The notes beneath the pieces are model-generated. The model had not been told where the DNA came from. It saw nothing but the letters and a program-made list of their open reading frames with translations, and ran no database searches. Shown one piece after another: positions 21,494 through 30,478 of a DNA stretch of 40,797 nt; the stretch's first letter is position 1, and the number at the start of each line of letters is the position of its first letter. The translations under genes were made by a program, and so were the position numbers. The stretch covers positions 1-40,797 of the IMG/VR virus record IMGVR_UViG_3300020042_003562. One strand, written 5' to 3'. The stretch is from a virus. Its lineage: Duplodnaviria > Caudoviricetes.

Positions 21494-21509
21494 TGATACA
21501 ATCTGGGCA
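21494..21509 (+). promoter_or_regulatory. Putative extended -10 leaderless promoter for the glycosyltransferase
   Basis: TG-A-TACAAT, then 6 nt, then ATG at 21509; no SD. Confidence 0.6.
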
Positions 21510-22576
21510 TGGTAAAGATAGCAGTGTACGCCATTGCCCTCAATGAGGCAAAGCACGTAGCTCGCTGGGCCAAGGCCACAGCGGGTGCTGATGTAAGAAT
21601 TGTAGCAGATACTGGGTCAACTGACAACACAGTACAACTGCTCAACCAATACCGCATAGAGACCTACGAGATCAACGTAAGCCCTTTTCGCTTTGATGAT
21701 GCCCGTAATGCAGCCCTAGCCTTAGTGCCTGCTGACGTGGATGTGTGTGTCTCCTTGGACATGGACGAGATTCCAGATCCAGACTTCTTCGACAAGATCA
21801 AAGATGCTTGGGTTCCAGGCACGGAACGTGCATGGGTTGCATGGGACACTGGCCAGCAATGGATGAACAATAACAGGATCCATGCTAGGCATGGGTACCG
21901 TTGGGTTAAACCATGTCACGAAGTGACAGTGGCCTATCCACCACGGCAAGAGCAAGATGTGGTCATAGAAACTATGGTCTACCACAAGCCAGATGACAGT
22001 AAGCCAAGGTCACAATACCTGACATTACTGCAAATGGGAGCTGCTGAGGATCCATCAGATTCCCGCATTAGATTTTACCTTATCCGAGAATACTACTTTC
22101 ACAAGCAATGGGAGAACGCAGTCCATGAAACAGAGCGACTCTTCTCTGACAAGCGAGTGGAAGGTGGCTGGCCTGTTGAGCTTGCTGCCGCTTGTCGCGG
22201 TGCTGGCGATAGTCTTGTCGAACTAGGTAAGCCAGAACGGGCAATAGGTTGGTTCCTCAAGGGAACTGAACTAGCCCCAGACCAGATGGAAGCATGGTTT
22301 GCTTTAGCCCACTTCCTGTATACACAGCAGCGCTGGCAAGAATGTTTTGATGCGGCTAATAAAGTAAACGAACTTGAGATGGGTAGTCACTATCTGATTG
22401 ACAGTTCAATCTACAAGTGGCGAGCATACGATCTTTTGGCCATCGCTTCCTGGAACCTAGGTAAAAAGGGTTCGGCTAAAAAATGGGCAAGACTGGCGGT
22501 AGAGGGAAACCCTACAGACAAACGCCTTATTGACAATTACCAATTCATGCTGAAGGGACAAACTAATGGCATGTAG
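21509..22576 (+). CDS. Family 2 glycosyltransferase with C-terminal TPR-like repeats
   Basis: IAVYAIALNE, ADTGSTDNT, FDDARNAAL, DxD motif SLDMDE; helical TPR-like C-terminal half. Confidence 0.9.
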   Translation: MVKIAVYAIALNEAKHVARWAKATAGADVRIVADTGSTDNTVQLLNQYRIETYEINVSPFRFDDARNAALALVPADVDVCVSLDMDEIPDPDFFDKIKDAWVPGTERAWVAWDTGQQWMNNNRIHARHGYRWVKPCHEVTVAYPPRQEQDVVIETMVYHKPDDSKPRSQYLTLLQMGAAEDPSDSRIRFYLIREYYFHKQWENAVHETERLFSDKRVEGGWPVELAAACRGAGDSLVELGKPERAIGWFLKGTELAPDQMEAWFALAHFLYTQQRWQECFDAANKVNELEMGSHYLIDSSIYKWRAYDLLAIASWNLGKKGSAKKWARLAVEGNPTDKRLIDNYQFMLKGQTNGM

Positions 22577-22883
22577 AACAGGGTGTCGCACACAAGATCA
22601 TGCTTCGTGGGGTGATTGCTTGCGTGCTTCAAACATCCAGATGAACGCTGGCGATGCAGCCAGTGGCAAAGCTATGTCCAATGCTAAGTGGAACGGTGAG
22701 CTAGATGCTTACGCTAACGCCAGAGCACAGGGCATACAGCCAGCAGGTACTCGTATGGGTCAGATCATCGAGGCTGAAAAGGCTAGTGAAACTTTGGGTA
22801 AGGCGTATGACGCAGGTACTATGCCAGCCGCAAAGACAATAGATAAAGCAACAGCAAGAACTATGACGGAAGTTGGACTGTAA
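22566..22883 (+). CDS. Hypothetical protein with N-terminal Cys/His motif (MACRTGCRTQDH..W.DC)
   Basis: 105 aa; SD AAGGGA. Confidence 0.75.
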   Translation: MACRTGCRTQDHASWGDCLRASNIQMNAGDAASGKAMSNAKWNGELDAYANARAQGIQPAGTRMGQIIEAEKASETLGKAYDAGTMPAAKTIDKATARTMTEVGL

Positions 22884-22885
22884 AC

Positions 22886-23002
22886 ATGTCAGTTAAAGGC
22901 GAGAAGTACAAGTCAAAGGCAGCCAAGGTTAAGCACGAAAAGACCGAAGGCAAAAAAGAACGCAAGATGGAATACGGCAGTGCCAAGAAGGGTAAGAAGT
23001 AA
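22886..23002 (+). CDS. Very Lys-rich 38-aa peptide (MSVKGEKYKSK...AKKGKK)
   Basis: Hand-translated; packed tightly between neighbours. Confidence 0.65.
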   Translation: MSVKGEKYKSKAAKVKHEKTEGKKERKMEYGSAKKGKK

Positions 23003-23004
23003 TC

Positions 23005-23118
23005 ATGTGCGTTGAATGTGGATGCAACAAGAACCAAATTGGCAAGATCAATGACAAGCTAACTGGTAAGCCAGACAAGCCAGGTGGCGGTTACGAAGGT
23101 GTTGGCGGTAGCAAGTAA
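23005..23118 (+). CDS. 37-aa peptide starting MCVECGC
   Basis: Hand-translated; TAATG coupling to next ORF. Confidence 0.6.
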   Translation: MCVECGCNKNQIGKINDKLTGKPDKPGGGYEGVGGSK

Positions 23119-23273
23119 TGGCCGCTAAGAAAACTAAAGTGCAGAAAGTAATGCACGAATACAAGGCAGGAACATTGCACTCTGGCAAGAAGGGTCCTGT
23201 TGTTAAATCCCGTAAGCAAGCAGTTGCTATCGCACTAAGCGAAGCGGGCAAGTCTAAGAAGAAGGGTAAGTAA
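23118..23273 (+). CDS. Small basic protein, DUF6496-like (51 aa)
   Basis: KVQKVMHEYKAGTLHSGKKGPVVKSRKQAVAIALSEA resembles this family as I recall it. Confidence 0.75.
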   Translation: MAAKKTKVQKVMHEYKAGTLHSGKKGPVVKSRKQAVAIALSEAGKSKKKGK

Positions 23274-23275
23274 TT

Positions 23276-23530
23276 ATGGCTGCTGGTGATGGTCGCACAA
23301 TGCAATACCACCTAAACCGTTTGGCTGGAACATTAAACGCTTTTGATGTACCGCGCTATGACGCTCAAGGTGCTGCAAATATTTGGGCTGGCACCAGTGG
23401 TCTGGCTCTTCAAGGTGCTTTGAATAGCAAGGCTGGAACATCTGGTCTTGCTACTCAAGGTGCACTAAACAAACTAGCTGGGACTTCTGGTCTTGGCGTT
23501 AACGAAGCCGCAGCAAGGATCACAGCATGA
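23276..23530 (+). CDS. Hypothetical 84-aa protein with three AGTSGL-based tandem repeats
   Basis: AGTSGLALQGALN / AGTSGLATQGALN / AGTSGLGVNEAA. Confidence 0.7.
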   Translation: MAAGDGRTMQYHLNRLAGTLNAFDVPRYDAQGAANIWAGTSGLALQGALNSKAGTSGLATQGALNKLAGTSGLGVNEAAARITA

Positions 23531-24414
23531 ACTTTCAGGACATGGTAGATGAGGTACTCATCAACGTGGCTGGCTACACTCAGCGCCAGGATCAAGCAAC
23601 ATTCCTAACAGTTGCCATGGTTGAAGCAGACCTACAGTTTACAGTACAAGACGGCACGGTACTATCCCGTGGCCTTATTGAAATTGATGATGAACTTGTA
23701 TGGGTTGACCGCTTTGACCGCGCCAATGGTATTGCTTACATTGCACCATCTGGCCGTGGATTCCGTAACTCAACAGTAGCACCACACTCCGTTGGTGCAC
23801 GTGTAGTTATTAGCCCTGCATACCCACGTGTCGTAGTTAAGAAGGCACTTAACAATGCTATTGCTGGTGTATACCCTGATTTGTTCGGTACGTTCTACAC
23901 CACGTTCCCATTTGTAGCCACACGTTCTACCTACCAGCTACCTTCGGATGCACTAGATGTACTTGCTGTATCCTGGCAGACCGTAGGACCTACAAAGGAA
24001 TGGTTACCAGTACGTCGTTGGCGCATTGATAAGACCGCTAACCCACAAACATTTAACACAGGTAAGTCACTGTCCATCTACGATGGCATTGTTCCTGGCC
24101 GCACAGTAAACGTGGTTTACTCAAAGAAACCAACTAAACTTGTACTTAATTCAGATGACTTCCTAGACTCAGGCCTACCTGATTCTGCCGAGGAAGTTAT
24201 TATCCTTGGTGCTTCATACCGTGTAGCTGCTTACCTAGATCAAGCACGTGTTACAGGTATGTCCGTTGAAGCTGACGCTATTGACCAGTCTAACCCATCA
24301 GGTGCTGGTGCTCAGGTTTCCCGTTACCTCTTTGCTCAATACCGAGATCGCTTAAGTGTTGAGGTACGTCGTCAGCAAGAATATTTCCCAGTCCGCGTTC
24401 ACTACACCCGATAG
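23527..24414 (+). CDS. Putative tail adaptor / tail tubular protein A-like
   Basis: 295 aa; MNFQDMVDEV start and position before fibre and nozzle-like genes; function inferred. Confidence 0.55.
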   Translation: MNFQDMVDEVLINVAGYTQRQDQATFLTVAMVEADLQFTVQDGTVLSRGLIEIDDELVWVDRFDRANGIAYIAPSGRGFRNSTVAPHSVGARVVISPAYPRVVVKKALNNAIAGVYPDLFGTFYTTFPFVATRSTYQLPSDALDVLAVSWQTVGPTKEWLPVRRWRIDKTANPQTFNTGKSLSIYDGIVPGRTVNVVYSKKPTKLVLNSDDFLDSGLPDSAEEVIILGASYRVAAYLDQARVTGMSVEADAIDQSNPSGAGAQVSRYLFAQYRDRLSVEVRRQQEYFPVRVHYTR

Positions 24415-24421
24415 GTAAACC

Positions 24422-25702
24422 ATGCCAGCAGTAAACCGTTATTATTCATCAGTTGCAGTTGATACAACTCTTAAGTTTGCTATCACCGATCCAGATGGAA
24501 CCAGCTTTGAGGTCAACTCAACCGCAGGTTTCCCTACCTCATACCCGTATACCCTTGCTATTGGTTACGATTCAAGCAATGAAGAACTTGTAACTATTAT
24601 TGGTGCATCAGGTGCTATTCTTACTGTAGGTCTAACTGTTGCTGGTGGCCCAAGTTCTGCTGGTCGTGGTGTTGATGGAACTAACAATCAGACACACACC
24701 GCAGGTGAAACAGTAAAGCATGTAATTTCTGCACGTGACATGACTGAAGCGCAAGCACACATTGCTGCTGAAACTAACATCCATGGTCTTGGAGTTGGAG
24801 TTTCTCCAGCACCAGCAGCAAGTCCAACATTTACTGGAACCGTTGTGCTTCCATCTACCACTTCAATAGGTAGCGTAAGTTCAACTGAGATTGGTTATCT
24901 TGATGGAGTAACATCTGCCATTCAAACTCAATTAAACACCAATACTCCAGTAGGTATGGTATCTCCTTACGCAGGATCTACATCTCCAACTGGGTGGTTA
25001 CTATGTAATGGTGCTGCTGTTAGCCGTACTACTTACTCCGCATTGTTTGGTGTAATTAGCACAACTTACGGTGCTGGTGATACGTCAACCACATTTAATG
25101 TTCCTGATCTTCGTGGTCGTACACCTATTGGTGCTGGAACTGGTGCTGGTTTAACTGCACGTACACTTGGAGCTACAACTGGTGTTGAATCTGTAACACT
25201 TACTGCAGCGCAGTCTGGTCTTCCAGCCCATACTCACACCAACAGTGCATCTACTACAACAACTGGTGGTAGTCACGGCCACACGGCAACTGGTAGTACA
25301 AGCCTAAGTGATGCTGGTGCTCAAACTGCAACTGGTTCTATTTCTACTGGTGGTCACGGTCACTCACTTACTATGCGATATACCTCTGTTGCACATGACC
25401 ATGCAATTTCTGGTATTAGTGATCCTCTACCAGCAATGCAAGGTGATCCTTCAAGTGGAAATATTGGTAATAACAACGCAACTGCTATTAACAATGTTGG
25501 TGACCTTGGTGGTTCAGCAAGTGTATCTGTTGGAAACCACAATCACACTACTTCAACAAGTGTAACCGTTGCAGACTCAACAAGTCACTCACACACTGCA
25601 GCTACAACAGTGACGATTGATAACAACACAGCAGCTGGCGCTTCCGCTTCACACGACAACATGCAACCATCTTTGGTTCTTAACTACATCATCAAGCACT
25701 AA
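24422..25702 (+). CDS. Tail fibre with phage tail-collar domain
   Basis: PVGMVSPYAG...GWLLCNGAAVSRTTYSALF...FNVPDLRGR; HxH repeats; HDNMQPSLVLNYIIK end. Confidence 0.88.
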   Translation: MPAVNRYYSSVAVDTTLKFAITDPDGTSFEVNSTAGFPTSYPYTLAIGYDSSNEELVTIIGASGAILTVGLTVAGGPSSAGRGVDGTNNQTHTAGETVKHVISARDMTEAQAHIAAETNIHGLGVGVSPAPAASPTFTGTVVLPSTTSIGSVSSTEIGYLDGVTSAIQTQLNTNTPVGMVSPYAGSTSPTGWLLCNGAAVSRTTYSALFGVISTTYGAGDTSTTFNVPDLRGRTPIGAGTGAGLTARTLGATTGVESVTLTAAQSGLPAHTHTNSASTTTTGGSHGHTATGSTSLSDAGAQTATGSISTGGHGHSLTMRYTSVAHDHAISGISDPLPAMQGDPSSGNIGNNNATAINNVGDLGGSASVSVGNHNHTTSTSVTVADSTSHSHTAATTVTIDNNTAAGASASHDNMQPSLVLNYIIKH

Positions 25703-25710
25703 GGACTGAC

Positions 25711-27615
25711 ATGGCTGAATACAGCATTACAGAAGATCCAGTCAATCCCATAGGCCTTCCGCCTCAAGCTAATGTTCTTTACACAAATCAAAACAATGTG
25801 TATGACGTAGCTATTGGTGGTGAGCCATTCTTCTTGGGTGCCTCGGATAAGTACCCATACCACAGGGAAACTGCATCGTACAAAAGACAGCAGTTAGACC
25901 TCACTCAACAACCAGGTGAGCAGACCTTTGAAGGCTGGTGGCTACGGTCCCAGTCTTCTTGGCATTTAGGTGCAGGCATCAATTACCTTGAACCATTACA
26001 GGGTGAAGATGTTATCTACCGATTTAACAAATCAAATGGTGTAGATGTATGGACTCCAGGCGAAGCAACTTTGTTGTCTGATGTAACTAACGTACTGGCG
26101 GTGTCTGGCGAAAGCCATGCTATTGGTGCTATTGATGGTAACAATGAATCCTGTGTGTTTGTGTCTGACGGTTCAGCGCTTAAGCGCGTTGCACCTACTG
26201 GTTCTACTGGATCTGTAACTACCGTAACCTACGGTGGCTCAGGCTCTGACATAGTTGACCTTACCCAAGATGGTACAAGTTACTACGCAGCTAATAGCAC
26301 TGGCATTTACAAAGGTTTACTAACTGGCGCAGGAACTGGAGTTAAAGTCTGGGACACTGGCACAGCCAAGGTATCTATGGGTTGGGTTAAGCAACGTCTG
26401 TTTGCTGGTATTGGCACATCACTTTACGAACTAATTGGAACTGGTCCTACTTTACCTACTCCTATTTACACACATCCAAACTCAAACTGGACATGGACTT
26501 CTATTGTTGAAGGTCCAACTGCAATCTACGCTTCAGGCTTTGCGGGTACAGCCTCTGCCATCTACAAGATAAGCCTTGATGCAGATGGTACTTTACCTAC
26601 ATTAACCTCTGCCGTAACAGCAGCAGACTTCCCAGATGAAGAACATGTAACTAGCCTTGGTACATACCTTGGTAAGTATATGCTTATTGGAACTAACAAG
26701 GGTGTACGTGTAGGTCTGATAGATACCGCAGGTAACATTGCCTATGGCGGTCTAACCTATAACCAGGATTCAAATGACCATGTTACTAGCTTTGCTTTCC
26801 AAGATCGCTTTGCTTACGCAACCGTAACTCAAGACATTGATGGTAAGTCTGGCTTAATACGCATTGACTTGTCTTCACCTAATAGCGATGGGTTACATCC
26901 ATGGGCTAACGACCTTGCTTCAACGGCAACTGGTAACTGCAATAACGTGGTGTTTATTGGTGAGACCAATCGCCTTGCCTTTGTGGTTGAAGGTAGCGGT
27001 CTGTACTTCCAGCACCCAACTCAATTAGTTGCATCTGGTTACCTAGATACTGGTGCTATTCGCTACAACACTATGGAGAAAAAACACTTTAAGTTAATTA
27101 AGGTGCGCGTCACTTCTCCATTCCAGGGAACTGTAGCCATCTCAACTATCGCTAAAGATGGAGACGTAGCTAGCATCATCACCGTAGGTAGTGAAGCGTC
27201 AGCAGATCAAGACTTTACAACTAACGTATACACAGCTCAAGAGCAACTAGCATTTAGGTTTACTCTTGGCCGTAGCACAACTGACAGCACCAAAGGTGGT
27301 GGCATAGTTGGTTACCAGGTTAAAGCATTACCTGCCAACAAGCGCACTCGTAGCATCTCAATACCTTTATTGTGTTATGACTTTGAGCAAGACCGTAACA
27401 ACATCATGGTTGGTTGGGATGGTCGCGCTTGGTCACGTCTATCAAAAATAGAAGAAATTGAATCTAGTGGTAACACCATAACTATCCAAGACTTCACCAG
27501 CGGTGAGCAGGTTGAAGGTCTTATTGAAAGAGTTACCTTTGATCGCATCTCACCTCCTGACCGTAGGTTCCAGGGATTCGGAGGAATCATTTACGTATCG
27601 GTTAGGACAACCTAA
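25711..27615 (+). CDS. Putative tail nozzle / tail tubular protein B-like (beta-propeller)
   Basis: 634 aa, beta-rich, last structural gene before lysis; function inferred. Confidence 0.55.
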   Translation: MAEYSITEDPVNPIGLPPQANVLYTNQNNVYDVAIGGEPFFLGASDKYPYHRETASYKRQQLDLTQQPGEQTFEGWWLRSQSSWHLGAGINYLEPLQGEDVIYRFNKSNGVDVWTPGEATLLSDVTNVLAVSGESHAIGAIDGNNESCVFVSDGSALKRVAPTGSTGSVTTVTYGGSGSDIVDLTQDGTSYYAANSTGIYKGLLTGAGTGVKVWDTGTAKVSMGWVKQRLFAGIGTSLYELIGTGPTLPTPIYTHPNSNWTWTSIVEGPTAIYASGFAGTASAIYKISLDADGTLPTLTSAVTAADFPDEEHVTSLGTYLGKYMLIGTNKGVRVGLIDTAGNIAYGGLTYNQDSNDHVTSFAFQDRFAYATVTQDIDGKSGLIRIDLSSPNSDGLHPWANDLASTATGNCNNVVFIGETNRLAFVVEGSGLYFQHPTQLVASGYLDTGAIRYNTMEKKHFKLIKVRVTSPFQGTVAISTIAKDGDVASIITVGSEASADQDFTTNVYTAQEQLAFRFTLGRSTTDSTKGGGIVGYQVKALPANKRTRSISIPLLCYDFEQDRNNIMVGWDGRAWSRLSKIEEIESSGNTITIQDFTSGEQVEGLIERVTFDRISPPDRRFQGFGGIIYVSVRTT

Positions 27616-27923
27616 TGGGTATCGAATACTGGGCAAGTGTTGCACAAATATCATCTGTTGTAGGGGGCATGTTGTTTGCGTTATGGAAGATCTGGCGAAA
27701 GATTGACCAGCACCAAGCAAGCAGTACCGCTAGATCAGATATAATTGAAGTTCGTCTTGAGCGCATTGAATCCCAGTTTGGACCTAATGGTGGTGGCCTG
27801 CGTGAAGCGGTTAACCATATCTCTAATAGCTTGCAACACATGGATGCAAAGTTAGACAACGTAAGTAATGATTTATCTCAACTCAAGGGAGAGTTCAAAG
27901 AGCATGTCAGACATGATGATTAA
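27615..27923 (+). CDS. Membrane-anchored coiled-coil lysis-module protein
   Basis: One N-terminal TM segment, then PNGGG motif and coiled coil. Confidence 0.65.
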   Translation: MGIEYWASVAQISSVVGGMLFALWKIWRKIDQHQASSTARSDIIEVRLERIESQFGPNGGGLREAVNHISNSLQHMDAKLDNVSNDLSQLKGEFKEHVRHDD

Positions 27924-28128
27924 ATTTGGTATCTGGTTAGCAGATAGCCCACTAGGCGGAATGTTAAAAGCTGCATCAGGTGCCGTAGTTGTATGGTGCC
28001 TAGAGAATGTTGAGTCATTTAACCTTAGCCCAATAGTTCAAGTTGCAATCGTAGCTGCGCTACCCGTATTGATTAACTACCTTAACGGTATGGACATGCG
28101 TTACGGCAACGTAGGTGAATCTGAATAA
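27913..28128 (+). CDS. Putative holin
   Basis: About 71 aa with two hydrophobic segments, directly before endolysin; start could be 27904, 27913 or 27916. Confidence 0.65.
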   Translation: MMIKFGIWLADSPLGGMLKAASGAVVVWCLENVESFNLSPIVQVAIVAALPVLINYLNGMDMRYGNVGESE

Positions 28129-28529
28129 TGTATCCAGTTAAGGGCTATCCAATTACGACTAAGTATGGTGCGTTGGGACCACTATGGAAATCGGGTTGGC
28201 ACGATGGTGTTGACTTTGCTTGCCCTCTTGGTACACCAGTTTACGCAGCACGTAAAGGTGTAATCACAAGTAGGCAGTGGGGAAAATCCTACGGGGTACA
28301 CATAGTCCAGCGCAGGACATTCCCTGTTGGTACAAAAAACCATCTTATCTACGCACACCTATCCAGTAAGACAGTCCGCCCTGGAGACAGAGTTAAGAAG
28401 GGACAGCTAATTGGATACACTGGTAACACAGGAAATTCCACGGGCTTGCATCTTCACTTCGGTGAGCGCAATGGATCCACTTGGAGTGGAAGCAATCCAG
28501 TTAACCCACAAAAAACATTGGAAGCATAA
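28128..28529 (+). CDS. M23 family peptidase (endolysin)
   Basis: HxxxD (HDGVD), YAHL, GNTGNSTG and HxH (HLHF) motifs. Confidence 0.92.
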   Translation: MYPVKGYPITTKYGALGPLWKSGWHDGVDFACPLGTPVYAARKGVITSRQWGKSYGVHIVQRRTFPVGTKNHLIYAHLSSKTVRPGDRVKKGQLIGYTGNTGNSTGLHLHFGERNGSTWSGSNPVNPQKTLEA

Positions 28530-28915
28530 TGATTGACAAAGTAGCATCAAACGTAGACAAGCAGTCCGTCATCAATGGTAAAGCCGTTGCTGTTCGCATC
28601 AATGGTAAGACCTCATGGAAGGGTTCAGCCCGCCAGAAGCGCAACATGTGGGAGACCACAGTGCAGGTAGAACTACCTGGTGGTGGATTACCAAGCGTCA
28701 TCCGCTTCCGCTTCTGCCGCTACCCAGGAACTGACAAGGCAGATTACACTGGCCACTTCTCCTACCCTGTACATCCAGGCATGGCAGGTAAGACTATCTG
28801 GGTAACACTAGCTCATGGGTTTATCTCAGGTGGGTCCATGCCAGTAGGTCTATTCATTGACCATGACGGTAGTGCACCTATCGTACTTGATGGACGACAA
28901 ATTAAGGCTAATTAA
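28529..28915 (+). CDS. Hypothetical protein at end of lysis cassette
   Basis: 128 aa; TAATG-coupled to the M23 gene. Confidence 0.7.
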   Translation: MIDKVASNVDKQSVINGKAVAVRINGKTSWKGSARQKRNMWETTVQVELPGGGLPSVIRFRFCRYPGTDKADYTGHFSYPVHPGMAGKTIWVTLAHGFISGGSMPVGLFIDHDGSAPIVLDGRQIKAN

Positions 28916-28980
28916 AACTCAATAAACAGTGGGGTAGAATACCCATTGCTGGCTCTCAGAGCCACGTAGAGCGACTTTAA

Positions 28981-29018
28981 GGGTCACTTGGTACTTCGGT
29001 ATCAGGTGGCCCTTTTTT
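28981..29018 (+). terminator. Intrinsic terminator ending the late operon
   Basis: GGGTCACTTGGTAC-TTCG-GTATCAGGTGGCCC stem with cUUCGg loop followed by T6. Confidence 0.9.
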
Positions 29019-29247
29019 CGTCGTTTACGGGGCTTATAGTTTGGATCAATAGCTGGGCCGTAGCGTATGCCTCGGCACACAGGGCAGCAGTTCTTATGTC
29101 CCACTTCTCGTCATTGAAGCAACCTTGAATGTGACTGGATTCATCAGCCTTAAAAGCCTCCAGGAAATCCAGAAACTTCTGCAGGTCCTTGGACTTAGCC
29201 ACTGCCTTGGTTGCCTTGGTTAAAGCTTCTACTGTTTCGTCACTCAT
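29002..29247 (-). CDS. Hypothetical 81-aa protein, lone leftward gene
   Basis: ORF with purine-rich upstream region and a leftward consensus promoter. Confidence 0.6.
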   Translation of the reverse strand: MSDETVEALTKATKAVAKSKDLQKFLDFLEAFKADESSHIQGCFNDEKWDIRTAALCAEAYATAQLLIQTISPVNDEKRAT

Positions 29248-29341
29248 TGCTTCTCTTTTCTGTTAAGTAGGTAAGGGGTTTACCAAACATGGCCCTGTTG
29301 GGTGGTGTAACCACCCTACCTGTTTACTCGCTGTCGCTCGT

Positions 29342-29372
29342 ATTATACTCACACCTTCAAGGAACCTGTCAA
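29342..29372 (-). promoter_or_regulatory. Leftward sigma70/sigmaA-like promoter, TTGACA-N19-TATAAT
   Basis: Perfect hexamers on - strand (-35 at 29367-29372, -10 at 29342-29347); spacer is long. Confidence 0.6.
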
Positions 29373-29394
29373 ATCACGGCGTTACCAAGCTCGT

Positions 29395-29430
29395 TTGCAT
29401 TGTGTACTGAGTGGGTGTACAGTGTGCGTA
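29395..29430 (+). promoter_or_regulatory. Rightward leaderless promoter TTGCAT-N17-TACAGT-N6-ATG for the replication operon
   Basis: Canonical spacing; predicted transcription start coincides with ATG 29430. Confidence 0.7.
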
Positions 29431-29624
29431 TGGGAATAATAAAAGAAACAACGATAGGGCATAGATCCTTCTCGTCATTTACATCCTGGGTCAAGTGCGG
29501 TAAGTCATGGCAACTTGAACGGGAGCTAAAGGTACCCACTGATACAGCGTGGTACTTCGTCGGAGGTTCAGCCTTCCACCTAGCAGTAGAGCGTTACCTC
29601 AAGGGGGAACTACCTGATGCTTAA
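29430..29624 (+). CDS. N-terminal piece of split Cas4/RecB-like PD-(D/E)xK nuclease
   Basis: SFSSFTSWVKCG...GSAFHLAVE matches the family N-terminus, including the first Cys. Confidence 0.8.
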   Translation: MGIIKETTIGHRSFSSFTSWVKCGKSWQLERELKVPTDTAWYFVGGSAFHLAVERYLKGELPDA

Positions 29625-30300
29625 CATCAAACTATTGTGGGAGCAAGCTTTCAATGAAAGCATTGGTGCCGAGCAAGAGAAGTATGGTACTAACCCTGTT
29701 GATTGGAAGGCATCTGGTAGAACCAGCAAGGCTTGGCCTAACAAAGAAAACGGTGACTGGTGGGCTGAGAAGGGACCAGAGATGGTCGGTAACTTCATTG
29801 ACTTCTGGGAACAGTCAGGCTGGCAGGTATGGGAAACACCTGAAGGTATCAAGGCCATCGAACTACAGCTCAACATTGACTACGGTGACGTACGCATCAA
29901 GGCTTTCGTTGACCTTGTTGCTGTCACCCCTGATGGTGAACTTGTAGTCATTGACTTTAAGACTGGTGCCAATATGCCAACCAATGCAATGCAGCTAGCG
30001 CTGTATGCCTGCAGTATCGAGAAGCAGTTTGGCATACGCCCAAGTCAGGGTTACTATTACGACGCACGTAATGTCATGTTGCTACCAGCCGAAGGCTTTA
30101 ACAACTGGACATACCCACTGTTTACTGAACTGTTTAGGCAGTTTGAGTTTGCAGTAGAGAACAAAATATTTCTACCAAACTTGAGCATGATGTGTAGCTA
30201 CTGCTCAGTGAAAGACTTTTGCTACGCCTACGGTGGAGACTTTAAGGATGCCGTAGATCCATTAGCACTAATCGCACACCCGAAGGAAACAAATGTTTAA
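29617..30300 (+). CDS. Catalytic piece of Cas4/RecB-like PD-(D/E)xK exonuclease
   Basis: FVDLV...VIDFKTG, QLALY and C-terminal CSYCSVKDFC; own SD AAGGGGGA. Confidence 0.88.
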   Translation: MLNIKLLWEQAFNESIGAEQEKYGTNPVDWKASGRTSKAWPNKENGDWWAEKGPEMVGNFIDFWEQSGWQVWETPEGIKAIELQLNIDYGDVRIKAFVDLVAVTPDGELVVIDFKTGANMPTNAMQLALYACSIEKQFGIRPSQGYYYDARNVMLLPAEGFNNWTYPLFTELFRQFEFAVENKIFLPNLSMMCSYCSVKDFCYAYGGDFKDAVDPLALIAHPKETNV

Positions 30301-30478
30301 GAAAAGAAACAAGAAGATTCAGATCTTGCAGGAAGAGTTATACATCACAAGGTTAGAGAACGCATCACTTCGTGCTCGCCTTGCAAAGGCAACAACCAAG
30401 GAAGTAATTAAGAAAACAACCAAGCCTAAGAAGGCAACCGTTGCAAAGAAAACCACAACAAAGAAAGCAGCTAAATAA
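30293..30478 (+). CDS. Small basic protein with histone-like Lys/Thr/Ala tail
   Basis: 61 aa ending KKTTKPKKATVAKKTTTKKAAK; SD AAGGA. Confidence 0.7.
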   Translation: MFKKRNKKIQILQEELYITRLENASLRARLAKATTKEVIKKTTKPKKATVAKKTTTKKAAK

